Source: Octopus sinensis (Eukaryota). From it: 64,000 bases of DNA. Shown here in pieces: positions 25,378 to 39,246 of the stretch. Position numbers and translations under genes: made by a program. The notes below the pieces were generated by a model. That model was not told the origin of the DNA. It worked only from the letters and a program-made list of their open reading frames with translations, and ran no database searches. Location of the stretch: positions 79,484,001-79,548,000 of the forward strand of contig NC_042999.1 in NCBI RefSeq assembly GCF_006345805.1. The letters are read 5' to 3'. Position 1 is the stretch's first letter. Every line of letters starts with the position of its first letter.

Positions 25378-27959
25378 AACTATTTATTTATGCATGTAGA
25401 CATGTAGTCATACATACCTAGACCACAATTTGCTCTCACAATTCTTAGGCAGATCCAAAGTTATGTAAGAATAAATTTTACCTGTGAGATTGACTTAAGA
25501 AATTTCAAAGTGGATTTCTGAAGTACGCTACGACGTTTTTATAAAGAATTTATAGGGAAGACGAGTTGCATTGAACTGAATTCACCTCGGTAGTCCTTTT
25601 TATCTGAATATGATTTACTCATTCTACACTAAAGGGAATTAACAGAAAACTATGGAAACCAAAACATACATAAGACCTAAGCTCAAATTTCTCAATTTTC
25701 ATCCAGTACTTACCTATTTTAGGACGCACATTTTTATAATTAAGATCAATTGTCAATTGACAAAACCATTGAAGGAGTCACAACATGCTTGATCAACGCT
25801 TTAGAAATATCAACCAAATCTTCGTATCGCATCCTTTCGTCTTAAAAGGCGGAAGGACATAAAATGTATGGTTTAGATGCATTAGCATCGGGAGAGGAAA
25901 CTGGTCAAGACAAGAGCTAAACCAAGGTGAACATTAACACCAGGGTAGCCCGGTTAGTCAGGGGAATAGATCACGTAGCCAAATGAGTCGGCCTTATACA
26001 CCAAAGTTTCCACTTCTACCTGGACATTGAATGAATTTCATAATTACATGGGGGATATCTAAAAATAAGTTAGTGGAGACTGCTGAAATGTATTTTTAGA
26101 GAAGCTAAGGAAACAAAGCATCTCATCTGTGTGAAATAATGAGCTGAGAAAAGGAACTCCAAGAACAACACCGAACAACAGTCAGGTAGAACGGGAGCAG
26201 GGGAGAGTAGTTGACATTACAGACTGTTGCTTGCCTTAGATCCAGTTAAATTGATCTCAGAATAAATCAATATTATTCTCTAATAAGCACACACACAGAC
26301 AGAATTTCTCTCTTTCCCGCTACCCCCTCTCTCTCTTTCTCGACTTTTCTTCTTCTAACTAGTTAGATAATCTAATATAACATAGCAAGGATGTAATTCT
26401 ATGCTACATTCATGAAAGCCTATCGTATTTATATTTCGTATATAGGACGTTCCCTTTGTATATTTTATCGTTTTTAATTAACTCTGATTTTGTCTTCGAT
26501 TAAAAAAATACTGCTATCACCAACATCGGTGACTCAACCATTCATCTTGTCTGCAAGTTACACCTCGGCGTACTGTGGTTAAGCAGTAACTTTTTCTTTT
26601 TGTCTTGTTGTATGGTTTAGTATGGAATAGCAGGGCAGCGTCCCATAGCCTTCGATATTGGTTTATTCCCAGAACATGAAACCTGGTCCGAATGCTGCGA
26701 TGGAATGGAATCTACTGAAAATACGCCAAATGATGAAGTAGTGGTAAATAACCTGGGTATCTGATTAAGTCTAACACCCAAGACGTAACACCCAAGATCT
26801 AATATTTCTATACAATTTTCACCTGAAAATTTTCATCAAGAAAGTTTGATAGAAGATATTAGCCAAAGGTTTGGCGTAATGGAAACAAAGATCAAGGAAT
26901 CGCATGAATGTGAAGAAAACTTCTGGATGAACATAGCCAAAACTGCGCTCTTCTTTGCCAGAATACGAAGCAGACGTTACAAATACGAAATGGTAATAAT
27001 TTTCACTATACAATAAAACTATCTCACTAGTATTTGAATCATTCCATAGATTTGTGAAATGGGAATTTGTTGAAGTTTTAATCAGTCCCGTTTAGGTCAA
27101 TCCTGATGACTAAACCGTTCTTCAAATTCTTCAAGCCTGACCATCAAGATACTGATCCATTTGCTTTTTATTTTGTTTCAGAAATAACATATTTATCACT
27201 GTGATGGCAAAAGTTTTTCGTCTGGTGTGTTAAAATTTTAATTTCCCTATCTATTTTGCTGTTAGTGTATCACTTACAAGTATTCATGTATTCTAGTTAT
27301 AATAAATGCTTATAACTATATTTTTATAACATGAAATTGTGAATGTAACATGTGTTACCTAAATACATACACACATACATACATTCATATATACACAACA
27401 TATCAACACATACATTTCAACTTATATGCGCAGGTCTTGCGCTGTTTCCGTCTATCAAGTTACATTTACATATATTGGTCAGAACAAGGCTATAGTTAAA
27501 AAACTATGAACTGTGAAATAACCTAAGGAAGCAGTGCTCTAGTTTATGTAAACTCTGTTTAAACGTGCATAAATTAACACCTACATGTCTGTGTATGCGT
27601 GTGCGTGGTAGAGTGTGTACATGTAGAAGTATAATTAATACAAAGTGACAGGAAAGCTTACCACAAAAATTATACAAGCTTGAATGAAATGTTAAATGTT
27701 TATGTATTAATTAGGACTTTCTCAGTATGTTGCCGGGTAGTTGGTTTGTATATGTGTGGGTGGGATGCAGGCATGTGTGTGAGAAAGAGAAAAAGAAGGA
27801 GAGCAAAAATCAAGGAGAAGTGAGGAGCAGAAAAAGACCATAAATGTTTAGTATACATATAAATTGTATCTGAATATTTATATTCAAATTTCTACCAGAA
27901 TTACGTATTCACGCGCACACGCACATATATGTGTGTGCGCGGGTGTGTGTGAATGTGTG

Positions 27960-27991
<32 letters not shown>

Positions 27992-28366
27992 CACATACAT
28001 AAATATACATACATACATACATATATACATACATACATATATACACACATACATACATACATATATATATACATATATACATACATACATATATATATAC
28101 ATATATACATACATACATATATATGTGTGTGTGTGCGTGTGTGTGTATATATTTTCTATCTATCTATCCATCCATCCAGCTATATATATATATATATGTA
28201 TGTATACATATATATATATAGATGGATGGATGGATAGATAGATAGAAAATACACACACACACACACACATGTATATATTTTTTGTTTTCTTGTTTCAGTC
28301 ATTTGACTGCGGCCATGCTGGAGCACCGCCTTTAGTCGAACAAATCGACTTATTCTTTTATATATG

Positions 28367-28421
<55 letters not shown>

Positions 28422-29235
28422 CTTTGTAAATGTATTTCTCTGTGTGTCTGTTTGTCTGTGCATCTTTCTGTCTATCTGCCTGTCTGTCTGTATGTATATA
28501 TGAATACGTATCGTGCATGCATATATTCTCTATCTGAGTATTTATATTCAAAACAAGAATTACATATGCATACACACACACACGTGTGTGAATGACTTTA
28601 TAGCTACATATATGTGTGTGTACGTTTGTATATGTATATATGTGTGTGTGTATGTCTCTGTATGTACGTACGTACGTATGTATGTATGCATGTATTTATG
28701 CATGTATGAATATATATCGTGTTTGCATGTGTTTTGCGTGATTCTTATAATAATGTGTTCTGAAACGTGGTTTTCTATCTGTCTGGCTGCCTGTCTGTCT
28801 GTCTCTGTCAGTCTGTCTCTGTCAGTCTGTCTATCTCTCTCTCTATTTCATATATATGTATATTCAGTATGTGTGTACGAGAGTGTTGTGTACAGACACA
28901 TTTATGGATTATGGATGTTTGCTATGTGCATGTACATAGCTAAATGGAGACATATTACATGTACATACATGTAATATAAGCCAGCGAAAGAGATTGTATG
29001 TCGTTGAACATAAATAACGAATGTTGAACTAAATCATAAAGAAGCAAATAAGAGGAGAGAGAGAGAGGGGGGGGATAAAATGACCATTGGTACAACGGTT
29101 TTGATCATAAGTTTCTGGAATCAGATGTAGTATTGCCTTAAATAGTTAACAGCCTATAGCACGTAAGACATTTGGTTTTAGAATCTGTGGTATTGATATA
29201 TAGAGGCATTATCGATCACACACACACACACAAAT

Positions 29236-29275
<40 letters not shown>

Positions 29276-29286
29276 TATATAGATAG

Positions 29287-29317
<31 letters not shown>

Positions 29318-29421
29318 AGGAAATAATTTATTCTCAAACGCAGAATAATGCTTAATATAATAGCATGAACAGGATAAATTATATTTTGCAGAAAAATCGG
29401 TCAATGACCAACTGTACCCAG

Positions 29422-29828
29422 CCGGGTCAACTTCTCTGAAGAACAGTCAGTAAACCGAGAACAGGTCTGCCAAGGGACTCATTCATATTCACGCACAAGA
29501 ACATTGTAGAAAGTGTGTGCGTATATCTTTATATAGGCCGCAGCAAATCTTTATAATATTTAATTTTTTTCCTTTCTTCAGATATATGCTGTTGTCCATG
29601 TATGCAAGTGTACTAACACACACACTCACACACACACTCACACACACACACACACACACACACAACACACACACATGTTTGTACACTCACACACTTGGAC
29701 AACAGCATATATCTGAAGAAAGAAAAAAAAATTAATTATTATAAAGATTTGCTGCGGCCTATATAAAGATATACGTACACACTTTCTGAATCGGTTTACT
29801 GATCGTTCCTCAGAGAAATTCTACCCGG
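29422..29828. repeat. Long inverted repeat around a (CA)n core (fold-back/MITE-like)
   Basis: 29508-29598 is nearly the reverse complement of 29696-29787; outer arms 29422-29458 and 29790-29828 also pair; about 47 bp extra in the left arm. Confidence 0.85.
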
Positions 29829-29872
29829 TTGTCTTTTACAATCAGTAGCATAGATCAGCTGCTTTTCGTGTA

Positions 29873-29990
29873 CAGTAATCCTTCGACCATCGCAGGTGTT
29901 ACGTTCCAACTCCGTTCCGAGACAGGTGAACCGCGATAGCTGAACCGCGATAGGTGAACTGCAATATGTGAACCTTATTATATAACCTTA
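29873..29990 (+). mobile_element. pogo/Tigger-like terminal fragment
   Basis: TA-CAGTAATCCTTCGACCATCGC.. start and internal GAACCGCGATAG repeats; no matching right end seen. Confidence 0.45.
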
Positions 29991-30240
29991 TTACCACTGG
30001 TCAAGTTCTATAGACGTGTACACGTACACATATACATATGCTCGCACACACTTACTCTAGAGGCATTGGACATGCTACAGTTTTAGTCAATACAATTGAA
30101 CCCAGTCGGCGGTAGATGATCCCAGCCTATAATGCTTTACAGTAAATATTATCTTGGCTCCTTGTGATTACGATTGAACTTCTTCACCGTTCGGCCATAT
30201 TGCATCCGTTAAACTATACATACAATCATTTTCTTTTTAT

Positions 30241-30292
<52 letters not shown>

Positions 30293-30492
30293 TTCAACTT
30301 ATGTATATATCTATATGAAAAACCCTCTCAAAACCATGTAAATCCTTATCGCATCATATCTACACACATTCACACACATGCGGCGCGCGCACACACCACA
30401 CACACACACACGAACACACACACAAACAGTTACTGAAAATCACACAAACTCACCCACAAACAGTTACAGAAAATCACTTATATAAACCCACA

Positions 30493-30905
30493 GATGTAGG
30501 AGTGGCTGTGTGGTAAGTAGCTTGCTAACGAACCACATGCTTCCGGGTTCAGTCCCACTGCGTGACACCATGGCCAAGTGTCTTCTACTATAGCCTAGGG
30601 CCGACCAAAGCCTTGTGAGTGGATTTGGTAGACGGAAACTGAAAAAAGCTCGTCGTATATATGTATATATTTATATGTATGTGTGTGTATATATGTTTGC
30701 ATATCTGTGTTTGTCCTCCCAATATCGCTTGACAACCGATGCTGGTGTGTTTACGTCCCCGTAACTTAGCTGTTTGGCAAAAGAGACCGATAGAATAAGT
30801 ACTAGGCATACAAAAGAATAAGTCCTGGGGTCCATTTGCTCGACTAAAGGCGGTGCTCCAGCATGGCCTCATTTAAATGACTGAAACAAGTAAAAGAGGA
30901 AAAGA
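30493..30905 (+). mobile_element. tRNA-derived SINE, family A (near full length)
   Basis: A-box TGGCTGTGTGG, B-box-like GGTTCAGTCCC, internal TA/TG tract, AAAAGAG tail; homologous to 44022-44477 and 53406-53574. Confidence 0.88.
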
Positions 30906-31438
30906 TTACGTACAGAGGTACTTGACGAATATTCAGTCTTTGTATTTATCATTTGCTTTGTTATTTATGTTTTATTAGTTGCTTTTGCTTTTCTTTTTGT
31001 TTTTAGACATCATAGCAGTCTTTGTTATTATTGTTACTGTTGTTGTTTACATCATAGTTATTATTGTAGATGTTGTTATCTATAGCTTTGATATGTTTTT
31101 TGTTAAATCATTACTATTCAAACCGCTCCTTTTATTGGTATCTTTTCCCGTTGTGGTTGTTGTTGGTGTTACTGTTGTTGTAAACACGTTGTTTTTTATT
31201 CAGTGTACTTGTTATTGTTATCAATCATGTTGCTCTGTTTGTTTTCGTTGTTGCTCTCATCGTCATCATAATCGACAGTGTTTTTTATTATTGTTGATGT
31301 TGTTACGGGTGGTGGTCGTCGTGGCGGGGTTGGCAATGGTGATGATATTGTTGTTCTTGTTTATGTTGCCTGACATAATTCTGTTTTCGTTTTAATTAGA
31401 GATATTCTTACATGAAGATTAGCATCATTGTAAATAGA

Positions 31439-31471
<33 letters not shown>

Positions 31472-31625
31472 GTGAACACATGTATACTCACACACACATT
31501 CAGAAGCACGCGGAAATGTCTAACTACTATCAAAAATACACAAATACACACATATATTGACACACCCATGTACGCATTCTCTTAAATACACGCATATACA
31601 GAAACACACGCACATATTTACTGTT

Positions 31626-31668
<43 letters not shown>

Positions 31669-31855
31669 CACATATACGCATAAAGCCAAGATGACACACG
31701 CATGTACAATAATGTTGCACGATATCCCATACATATTCACACACAAACACAATCACCCACACGCAACATATTCTTGAGCTACGCCTGCACACATATACAG
31801 ACTGACATCAACTAACACGTACACATATACATTCAACACCAGTTCATGTGGATGT

Positions 31856-32210
31856 CTTTTATCTTTTATTTGTTAGACTGCAGTCATGCTGTAGCACCGT
31901 CTCGAAGAAATTCTGTCCTACGAATCGACCTCTGTAGTTATTGTTATTCTAAGTCTGGTACTAATCCTATTGCTCTATTTTAACAAATCGCTAACGTTGC
32001 AGGAACTTAAACACATCAACACCGCTTGTCAAACGGCAATGGACCCCCCCCCACACACAATCCATTTCTTTTAGTCTACACATACTAAATCTACGTACAA
32101 GGCTTTGGTTGGTCCGAGGACACAGTAGAAGACACTTGCCCTAAGTACCACGCAGTAGGACTGAACCCGGAACCATGTGGTTGGGAAGCAAGCTACTTAT
32201 CACACAGCTA
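31856..32210 (-). mobile_element. SINE family A, diverged copy
   Basis: Reverse-complement similarity to 30493-30905 along its length. Confidence 0.7.
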
Positions 32211-32280
32211 CGAAGTTATACCTTACAACACTACGCTGCACTTATATCTATGTGTACATATACATATACGTATGGTATAT

Positions 32281-32380
<100 letters not shown>

Positions 32381-32537
32381 GTGTATATATATATATATAT
32401 ATATATAAAGAGAGAAAGGCTTTATTAGGCACGACTACGGATTCCAGCAACGAGATACAAGTATAAAACGGAGATGGATAGTTATAGCGATATACAAGAA
32501 AATCCCTAAATATCAGTAGAGCTTATATAATGATTAA

Positions 32538-32758
32538 GAAGGAGAATGCAATGAACAATTAGCTTCATTAGATAAGTTTACAGTTGTTTCATAGGTATTT
32601 TATTAGAAGATTATTGCTATATTTTTTGTTCATATAAACGGATTTTATAGATAAACCTGAGGAGTAGGTATTTTTCCCATATAGCAATATTCTTCTGTTT
32701 CAATATCGATGAAGCAATTGTAAAATTATGTAATGAAACTAATTACTCCATTCTCTTC
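32538..32758. repeat. Diverged fold-back palindrome
   Basis: 32557-32592 pairs imperfectly with 32709-32744; AGAAGATTATTGCTATAT pairs with ATATAGCAATATTCTTCT. Confidence 0.7.
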
Positions 32759-32775
32759 GTAGATAATTGCACACT

Positions 32776-32861
<86 letters not shown>

Positions 32862-33413
32862 CATGGCATAAAGTTTGGAACATTTTTTTAAAAACTAAAA
32901 TTGTTATGCCCAAGTAGAATTCGATTCAAATATCTACAACGTAATATATATGGGCATTTAATATAAAAAATTCTGATGTTTGAGACCATGTATACATGGT
33001 CCAAAATTGTACTAAAACAAAGGATAGAGACAGATCAAGGAACAACAGACAAGATGTATTAATTTGATGATCTCGAAAAATAGAAGATTCGTGGACGTTT
33101 CGAGTTTACGCTCTTCTACCTATAGAAATGTAGAGAGAAAGAGACGGAGAGAGAAAAAATGGGGAGAAAAACGTGTAGGTAAATAGACAGATAGATAGAT
33201 AGATACATAGACAGACTGATAGACAGATAAATAAGTGTGTGTATCTTCCGATCATATTCCTGTATGCTGGCCTGTCTGTCAATTTGTATACTCATTCTCC
33301 TATCATTCTTCGATTATAATATGTCTCGCTGTGCACGCAAGCACACATACATACATACATACATACATACATACATACATACATACATACATACATACAT
33401 ACATACATACATA

Positions 33414-33479
<66 letters not shown>

Positions 33480-33799
33480 GTATAAACACACACAAATATG
33501 AACATACACACGTGTATGCATGTATATGCGTAAAGATCCATTGACTGCTATCTCAATAGTCAAACTTTCCAATTTGATTCTAAGGAGCTGGCTGCCTTCC
33601 ATTGATGGGTATTTAATTGATATATTAGGCTAAAGGTTATACAGATAACAAAGCCAAAACGAAGGCCGTTCTCACTTCGTGGTCTGCAGAGGAGCCAACT
33701 TTATTGTAATCACGTTTTTCATACGGGCACCTGCACAATTCATTGTGTGTGTGCGTGTGTGCATGTGTGTATATATGTATGCGTGTGTATATATGTATA

Positions 33800-33836
<37 letters not shown>

Positions 33837-34425
33837 GTATATTGGCAAAAACAGTCGCTTTTCTTTCACAAATCTGTTAAATGCGTATATGAAAGTAAGT
33901 TTCTTTCTGTGTATCAGCAATGCTGTTGTAATATATTCTTTAAATTCCCATTTTCTAAAAGAAAATAAGTTTTGACTATGAAGACTCACTACAGTTCCTA
34001 CAGTTAAATGAAAGACCTGGAAGAAATGATTACCATAAATTTCGGTTTAACTGACGTTATATTTTTCCTAAAATAAGTCTTCAATTTTTCTCTTGCATTC
34101 TTTAGGATGAAGGTTATACTTTCCATAAAACAATTTAAACTTCAGACAGGCTATCTGTGTTAAATTTACCCTGTTCTCGTACTCTGGGCGTAAAGGAAAA
34201 ATTTATAGACCACAAGTCTACAAAATCAACAGAAACTGTACGTAGCTAAACCAAAATAATGATAAAGGATGTGGATGTGTTGAGTTGAGATCATGATGCA
34301 ACTAGCCATTTACTCGGGTTCTCTGAAACTTTCTTGGCTCTGAATAAAAGAAAATACAGGAGGACCACTTAATTATGATCTTATTCAAAATATTTCAGTC
34401 TCAGATTCACACACTTATTGCAGCA

Positions 34426-34474
<49 letters not shown>

Positions 34475-34511
34475 GTACATACACACACACACACAAAAAC
34501 ACACACACACA

Positions 34512-34545
<34 letters not shown>

Positions 34546-34558
34546 CATATACATATAC

Positions 34559-34595
<37 letters not shown>

Positions 34596-34619
34596 CACAC
34601 CCACACACACACACATATA

Positions 34620-34657
<38 letters not shown>

Positions 34658-35311
34658 TTTTACAAGAAGTATATTCATTTATAGCTGAGTGACTGGAGCA
34701 ATGTGAAAGGAAGTGTTTTGCTGAAAAACTTACTGCCTTTGTGGGAATCGAAACTACGATTGCATGATCGCAAATGCAACGAGTTAAGTACTAGTTCACG
34801 TACCTTCAAACAGACACATGCATACATGTGTGTGAATGTGTGGGGTGAGTATTGTACATGTATGCATGTATGTGCACATGGTGTTTATGTAAATAATAAA
34901 TTAATATACGACGAATGAAATAATCGATCTCAAGCCAGCGGGAAGTCGTGGACATAAGAGAGTTTAACTAAAACTTGAAAGTACAGTAAACTATTTCTAG
35001 GTATATTTTTACGTTTAATCATATTCAAATACACTTTGTAAATAACGTGCTGAGAAGGAGCGTTGTAACTTTATACAGTACAATTCATAAAGAAAACTTT
35101 ATACGAACGGTCGATCTGTTGCAAATGACAGTCTAATGTTTTTCTAGCATACCTTTTTAGAAAAAGATTAGTTAAGGTCAATCTACGGATTAAAGTAGCA
35201 GAAAGGTCTAGTGCCCCAATAAAATCCCTTGTCTGTAGAACTTAACCATTCGATAGGTCCTCATGTACGGAAAATAATTATATTGCATATAGGATGAACC
35301 CACAAGTTAAC

Positions 35312-35590
35312 TGTAACGTTAGGAATACAGTGTATAGCTTACGACAACTACTTACATTGCAGAGACAGCACGCAGCATATGAGAGCGTATAGGTGAACAC
35401 TGGCTTAAAGAAGATAAGGCTCGTCAGTGCTCTACCAACATGCTCAAGCAGGACATGTCTCAGGCTCAGTCAATAGCATAGAGGTCAAAGTATTATCAAC
35501 GTATAGAACTGACACATCACTTAGACAGATCACAGAGGCTACACACATAGCAATTGATAGTCGAGCCTCAACAGAAAACACGAATGGAAC
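35312..35590 (+). pseudogene. Penelope-like element GIY-YIG endonuclease remnant
   Basis: CNVRNTVYS..YIAETARSI*ERIGEH..SVLYQHA..H..IEVKVLS..LRQITEATHI..LNRKHEW across frameshifts; fits the VY..YIGET.R..R..EH..EA..I..LN pattern. Confidence 0.8.
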
Positions 35591-35856
35591 AATAACACCC
35601 ACCACCACATCACACAACATGGCGACTAAAGACTGAAGGGAGAAAAAACAGATTTAAACAGTGTAATACACATACAATAGAGATTTATACACATACCTAT
35701 GATAAATATAAAAAATAGAGCCATAAAAATAACTTTATAAAGGGCGCGGATTCAAACAACATAGAAAGCGAACCCATATATACACTTATTCGGTAACTTC
35801 ACAGATGACTGCAACAATATCGACAACACGACTAACAACAATGGCAACAGCAACAA

Positions 35857-35984
35857 CAACTACTACTACTACTACTGCAGCTACTACTACTAACACTACT
35901 ACTGCTGCTGCTACTACTACTACTACTACTACTACTACCGCTACTACAACTACCACTACTACTGCTGCTACTACTACTACTACC

Positions 35985-36046
<62 letters not shown>

Positions 36047-36060
36047 CACTACTACTACTA

Positions 36061-36139
<79 letters not shown>

Positions 36140-36161
36140 CACTACCACCACCACCACCACC

Positions 36162-36222
<61 letters not shown>
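35857..36222. repeat. Long (ACT)n/(ACC)n trinucleotide array
   Basis: Direct inspection. Confidence 0.95.
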
Positions 36223-36223
<1 letters not shown>

Positions 36224-36490
36224 GGCAGTAACGTTGGCGAACACACAAACAGTCGCAAGAACGGTGCAAAAGTCGGGTTCAAGAGCAGCAGCAGCGGCAA
36301 CGGGATAGGGGACGGGCTGTGGAGAGGGTCATAGTACTACTAAGGAAATGACACACACACAAACGCACACATACACACACACATACACATGTGCACACAC
36401 AAACACAGACGCATGCGCATATAAGGCTACACATCATAGAAGAAAAGAATGGAATAAGCAGAACAAGATCACACACGAAGACGGAAAGTG

Positions 36491-36530
36491 TCGCTGAGGA
36501 GGTCACAAATGTGTAACGAAGGATTTCCGA
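36491..36530 (+). ncRNA. Degenerate hammerhead motif, probably in the 3' pLTR of the Penelope remnant
   Basis: TCG-CTGAGGA-GGTCACA(AA)TGTGTAAC-GAAG-GAT-TTC-CGA; core GAAA mutated to GAAG. Confidence 0.4.
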
Positions 36531-36663
36531 ACAATAGGCATGAGTTAGAATAAGAACAGCAATAAACGAGTGACGAAAGATTATACAGTGCGTGTACTTA
36601 TTTAATAAAAAAAGAATGACCGTCCCGAAATACAACAGTATCTATCTATCTATCTATCTATCT

Positions 36664-36740
36664 TTCCATCTTCGAAGAGAATAGCTCTACATTTGTATTG
36701 GTCCCCTCTGTATTCAGCCATGTGTGGCCAATAAAGAAAG

Positions 36741-36741
<1 letters not shown>
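36664..36741 (+). mobile_element. Short insertion inside (TATC)n, probably the 3' end of a retroelement
   Basis: 78 bp of non-repetitive sequence flanked on both sides by (TATC)n, with AATAAA at 36730-36735. Confidence 0.5.
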
Positions 36742-36812
<71 letters not shown>

Positions 36813-37148
36813 ACACAGACATACACACACACATATGTATATAAACATATGAATGCTTGTGCCTCTATGTGCATGTGTGTGTGACCGTGCGTTTGCGTGT
36901 GTGCACCCAAAGTTAGTCAAATATATATATACTGTCTAATATAATAGCTGTAGAGTCTCATATGACGTAACAAGGTGAGTTGAAATCGTCGATTAACTAA
37001 GATTATCCGTCCACATAGTCGACAAATTACCATCTATGAATATATAGAATTTTAAACGTAACAAACAAGGGAGATAATTTCAATAAAATGGCTGAGTGCA
37101 GTAAGACAATGTATCTTGTATGTGTAAAGGTAAGTGGTGAAAGCAGAT

Positions 37149-37179
37149 GACATGTTTCGGTCTAAATGGATCTCGTCAG
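37149..37179 (-). ncRNA. Degenerate hammerhead core
   Basis: Minus strand CTGACGA-GATCC(ATTT)AGACC-GAAAC-AT-GTC; stems I and II are mismatched. Confidence 0.35.
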
Positions 37180-38802
37180 TGAAACATATTCTACTCATTT
37201 GACTCTACTAAGAATAAACGATATGTACGAATGATGAGAGAGGGAGAGAGAAAGAGAGAGAGAGAGGGAGAGAGAGAGTAGCAAAAAAGAGAAAGGGGAG
37301 AGGAAAATAGGAAGAGAGAGTATGACGAAAGTATTTTCGATCAATCATATTCCTGATATCTCAATGTAGTTGTATGAACACGTAACTGGATATAGAGTGA
37401 AAAAATATATAATCCCTACCCCCTCCTTTATGTTTGTGTATGTGTGTATATATGTATGTGTGTGAGAGAAAGAGAGCGAGAGTGTGTATGTGTGTATATA
37501 GATATGTGTGAGTATTTATATGTATGCGTGTGTGTGCATATATATTCATGTTTGTATGATTGTGTATGTGTGTGTATGTGTCTCTATGAATGTAACTATA
37601 AAAGAATTTGAGCAACAGGTGCGCAGTTTTCATATAAACTATTTATCTTTACCTGGAATAACTATCTTCAGAGCTTTGCAGAATGCTTTTATTCTACAGC
37701 GAGTAGATTTTAATTCCCATGAGAATTATCACGTTTGGATATCAGTAATTCTCTTGGGAGACGTTTGAATGTCACAGCTTCCAGTCTGAACATTCCCACA
37801 ATATAATGCATTTGTAAAAGAATGTAGGTTGTTCTTGGTATATTGTATTACACAGAAATATATTTAAAATATTTCATATAATAGAATTTGCCTCGAGTTG
37901 TATTAGCAGATTTTATATCATCCTATACATCTCATATTCTCCCGCTCTCCTGCTCTCCCGACATCCATATCTATATCACGACCACTATATCAATCTATTT
38001 ATCTATCTATATCTATTCATCTGTCCATATTTTTCTATCAATATCTATGTATGCATATCTATTTAACTGTCTGTATCTATTTATCTAATTATCTATATAA
38101 GCACACATACTCACGTATGTGAGTGTATGTTTGTGCGTGTAGTTGTGGAAGCAGGACCAGTAAAGGGTGGATGGTGGTTTCAAATCGTAATACAACCAGA
38201 ACATGATTTCAGGTAAGTTAAACCACTGAGAGCATAAGACTGCCACCTGGACTGGACGCAGTTATTAAGAAAGTTAACTCCCATCTGCTATTGGTAATTA
38301 TTTTCAGTGGAGTAACATAGACTGAAGTGGTTTGCATAATGACTCAGCAAGGCATTCGATCAGGTAATCGAAGACTTGATCTAATGATCATGAGTTCGGT
38401 TATCTAAGTTTAATAATGTAATCTCTAGACCATGTTAATCACTTAAAAGACAGGCGAACACATGACTGAGATCGTAATGGCTTTCAGGGAACAGCTAATT
38501 GGTAGAAAGATAAACCCATGTGCTGTTCGTTGGACTTTTAGCATTTGCTTATAGATACATAAATGCATGCATGCATATGTGTGTGTATACATCTATACAC
38601 ATAGAAACACATAAATGCATGCATACATACATTCATATATATATATATGTATGTACACGCATACATTTATACATATATGTGCATACGCTTATATATGCAT
38701 ATATATATGTATATGTGTTTATATATATGTGTGTGTGTATGTACATGTATATATATGTAAATGTATATATATATATATGTATAATATATATGTATATATT
38801 TG

Positions 38803-38833
<31 letters not shown>

Positions 38834-39037
38834 CATATATATATATGTATATATACATATATATATACATATATATATACATATACTTATATATATATAT
38901 ATACATATATATATATACATATATGTATATATACATATATATATATGTATATATACATATATATATACATATATATATACTATATATATATATATACATA
39001 TATATATACATATATACATATATATATATACATATAC

Positions 39038-39068
<31 letters not shown>

Positions 39069-39137
39069 CATTATACAATATATAATATATATATATTTAT
39101 AGTAGAATAACAAATAGAATATCCTTGGTACAGTATT

Positions 39138-39246
39138 ATATATTTGAAAAAATGAATAGCACTGGCTTTTCTGATAATTTTTCCAATTTAGTAATTAGTG
39201 GAAAAATTATCAGAAAATCAATTTTTATTCATGTTCTCAAATATAT
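39138..39246. repeat. Small AT-rich palindrome
   Basis: Perfect 19-bp arms 39167-39185 and 39199-39217, with imperfect outer extension. Confidence 0.75.

Noticed and set aside
29930-29975. 14-bp tandem repeat that could be mistaken for an array system
   Set aside because: No unique spacers; internal repeats of a Tigger-like end in eukaryotic DNA, not CRISPR.
30979-31395. Hydrophobic 138-aa ORF resembling a membrane protein (similar cases at 52583, 57776 and 61108)
   Set aside because: Derived from degenerate (GTT)n/(GGT)n/(CTTT)n low-complexity sequence.
35786-36308. Poly-Thr (mucin-like), poly-Val and poly-Ser ORFs
   Set aside because: Pure (ACT)n expansion next to a decayed Penelope remnant; no signal peptide or convincing splice context.
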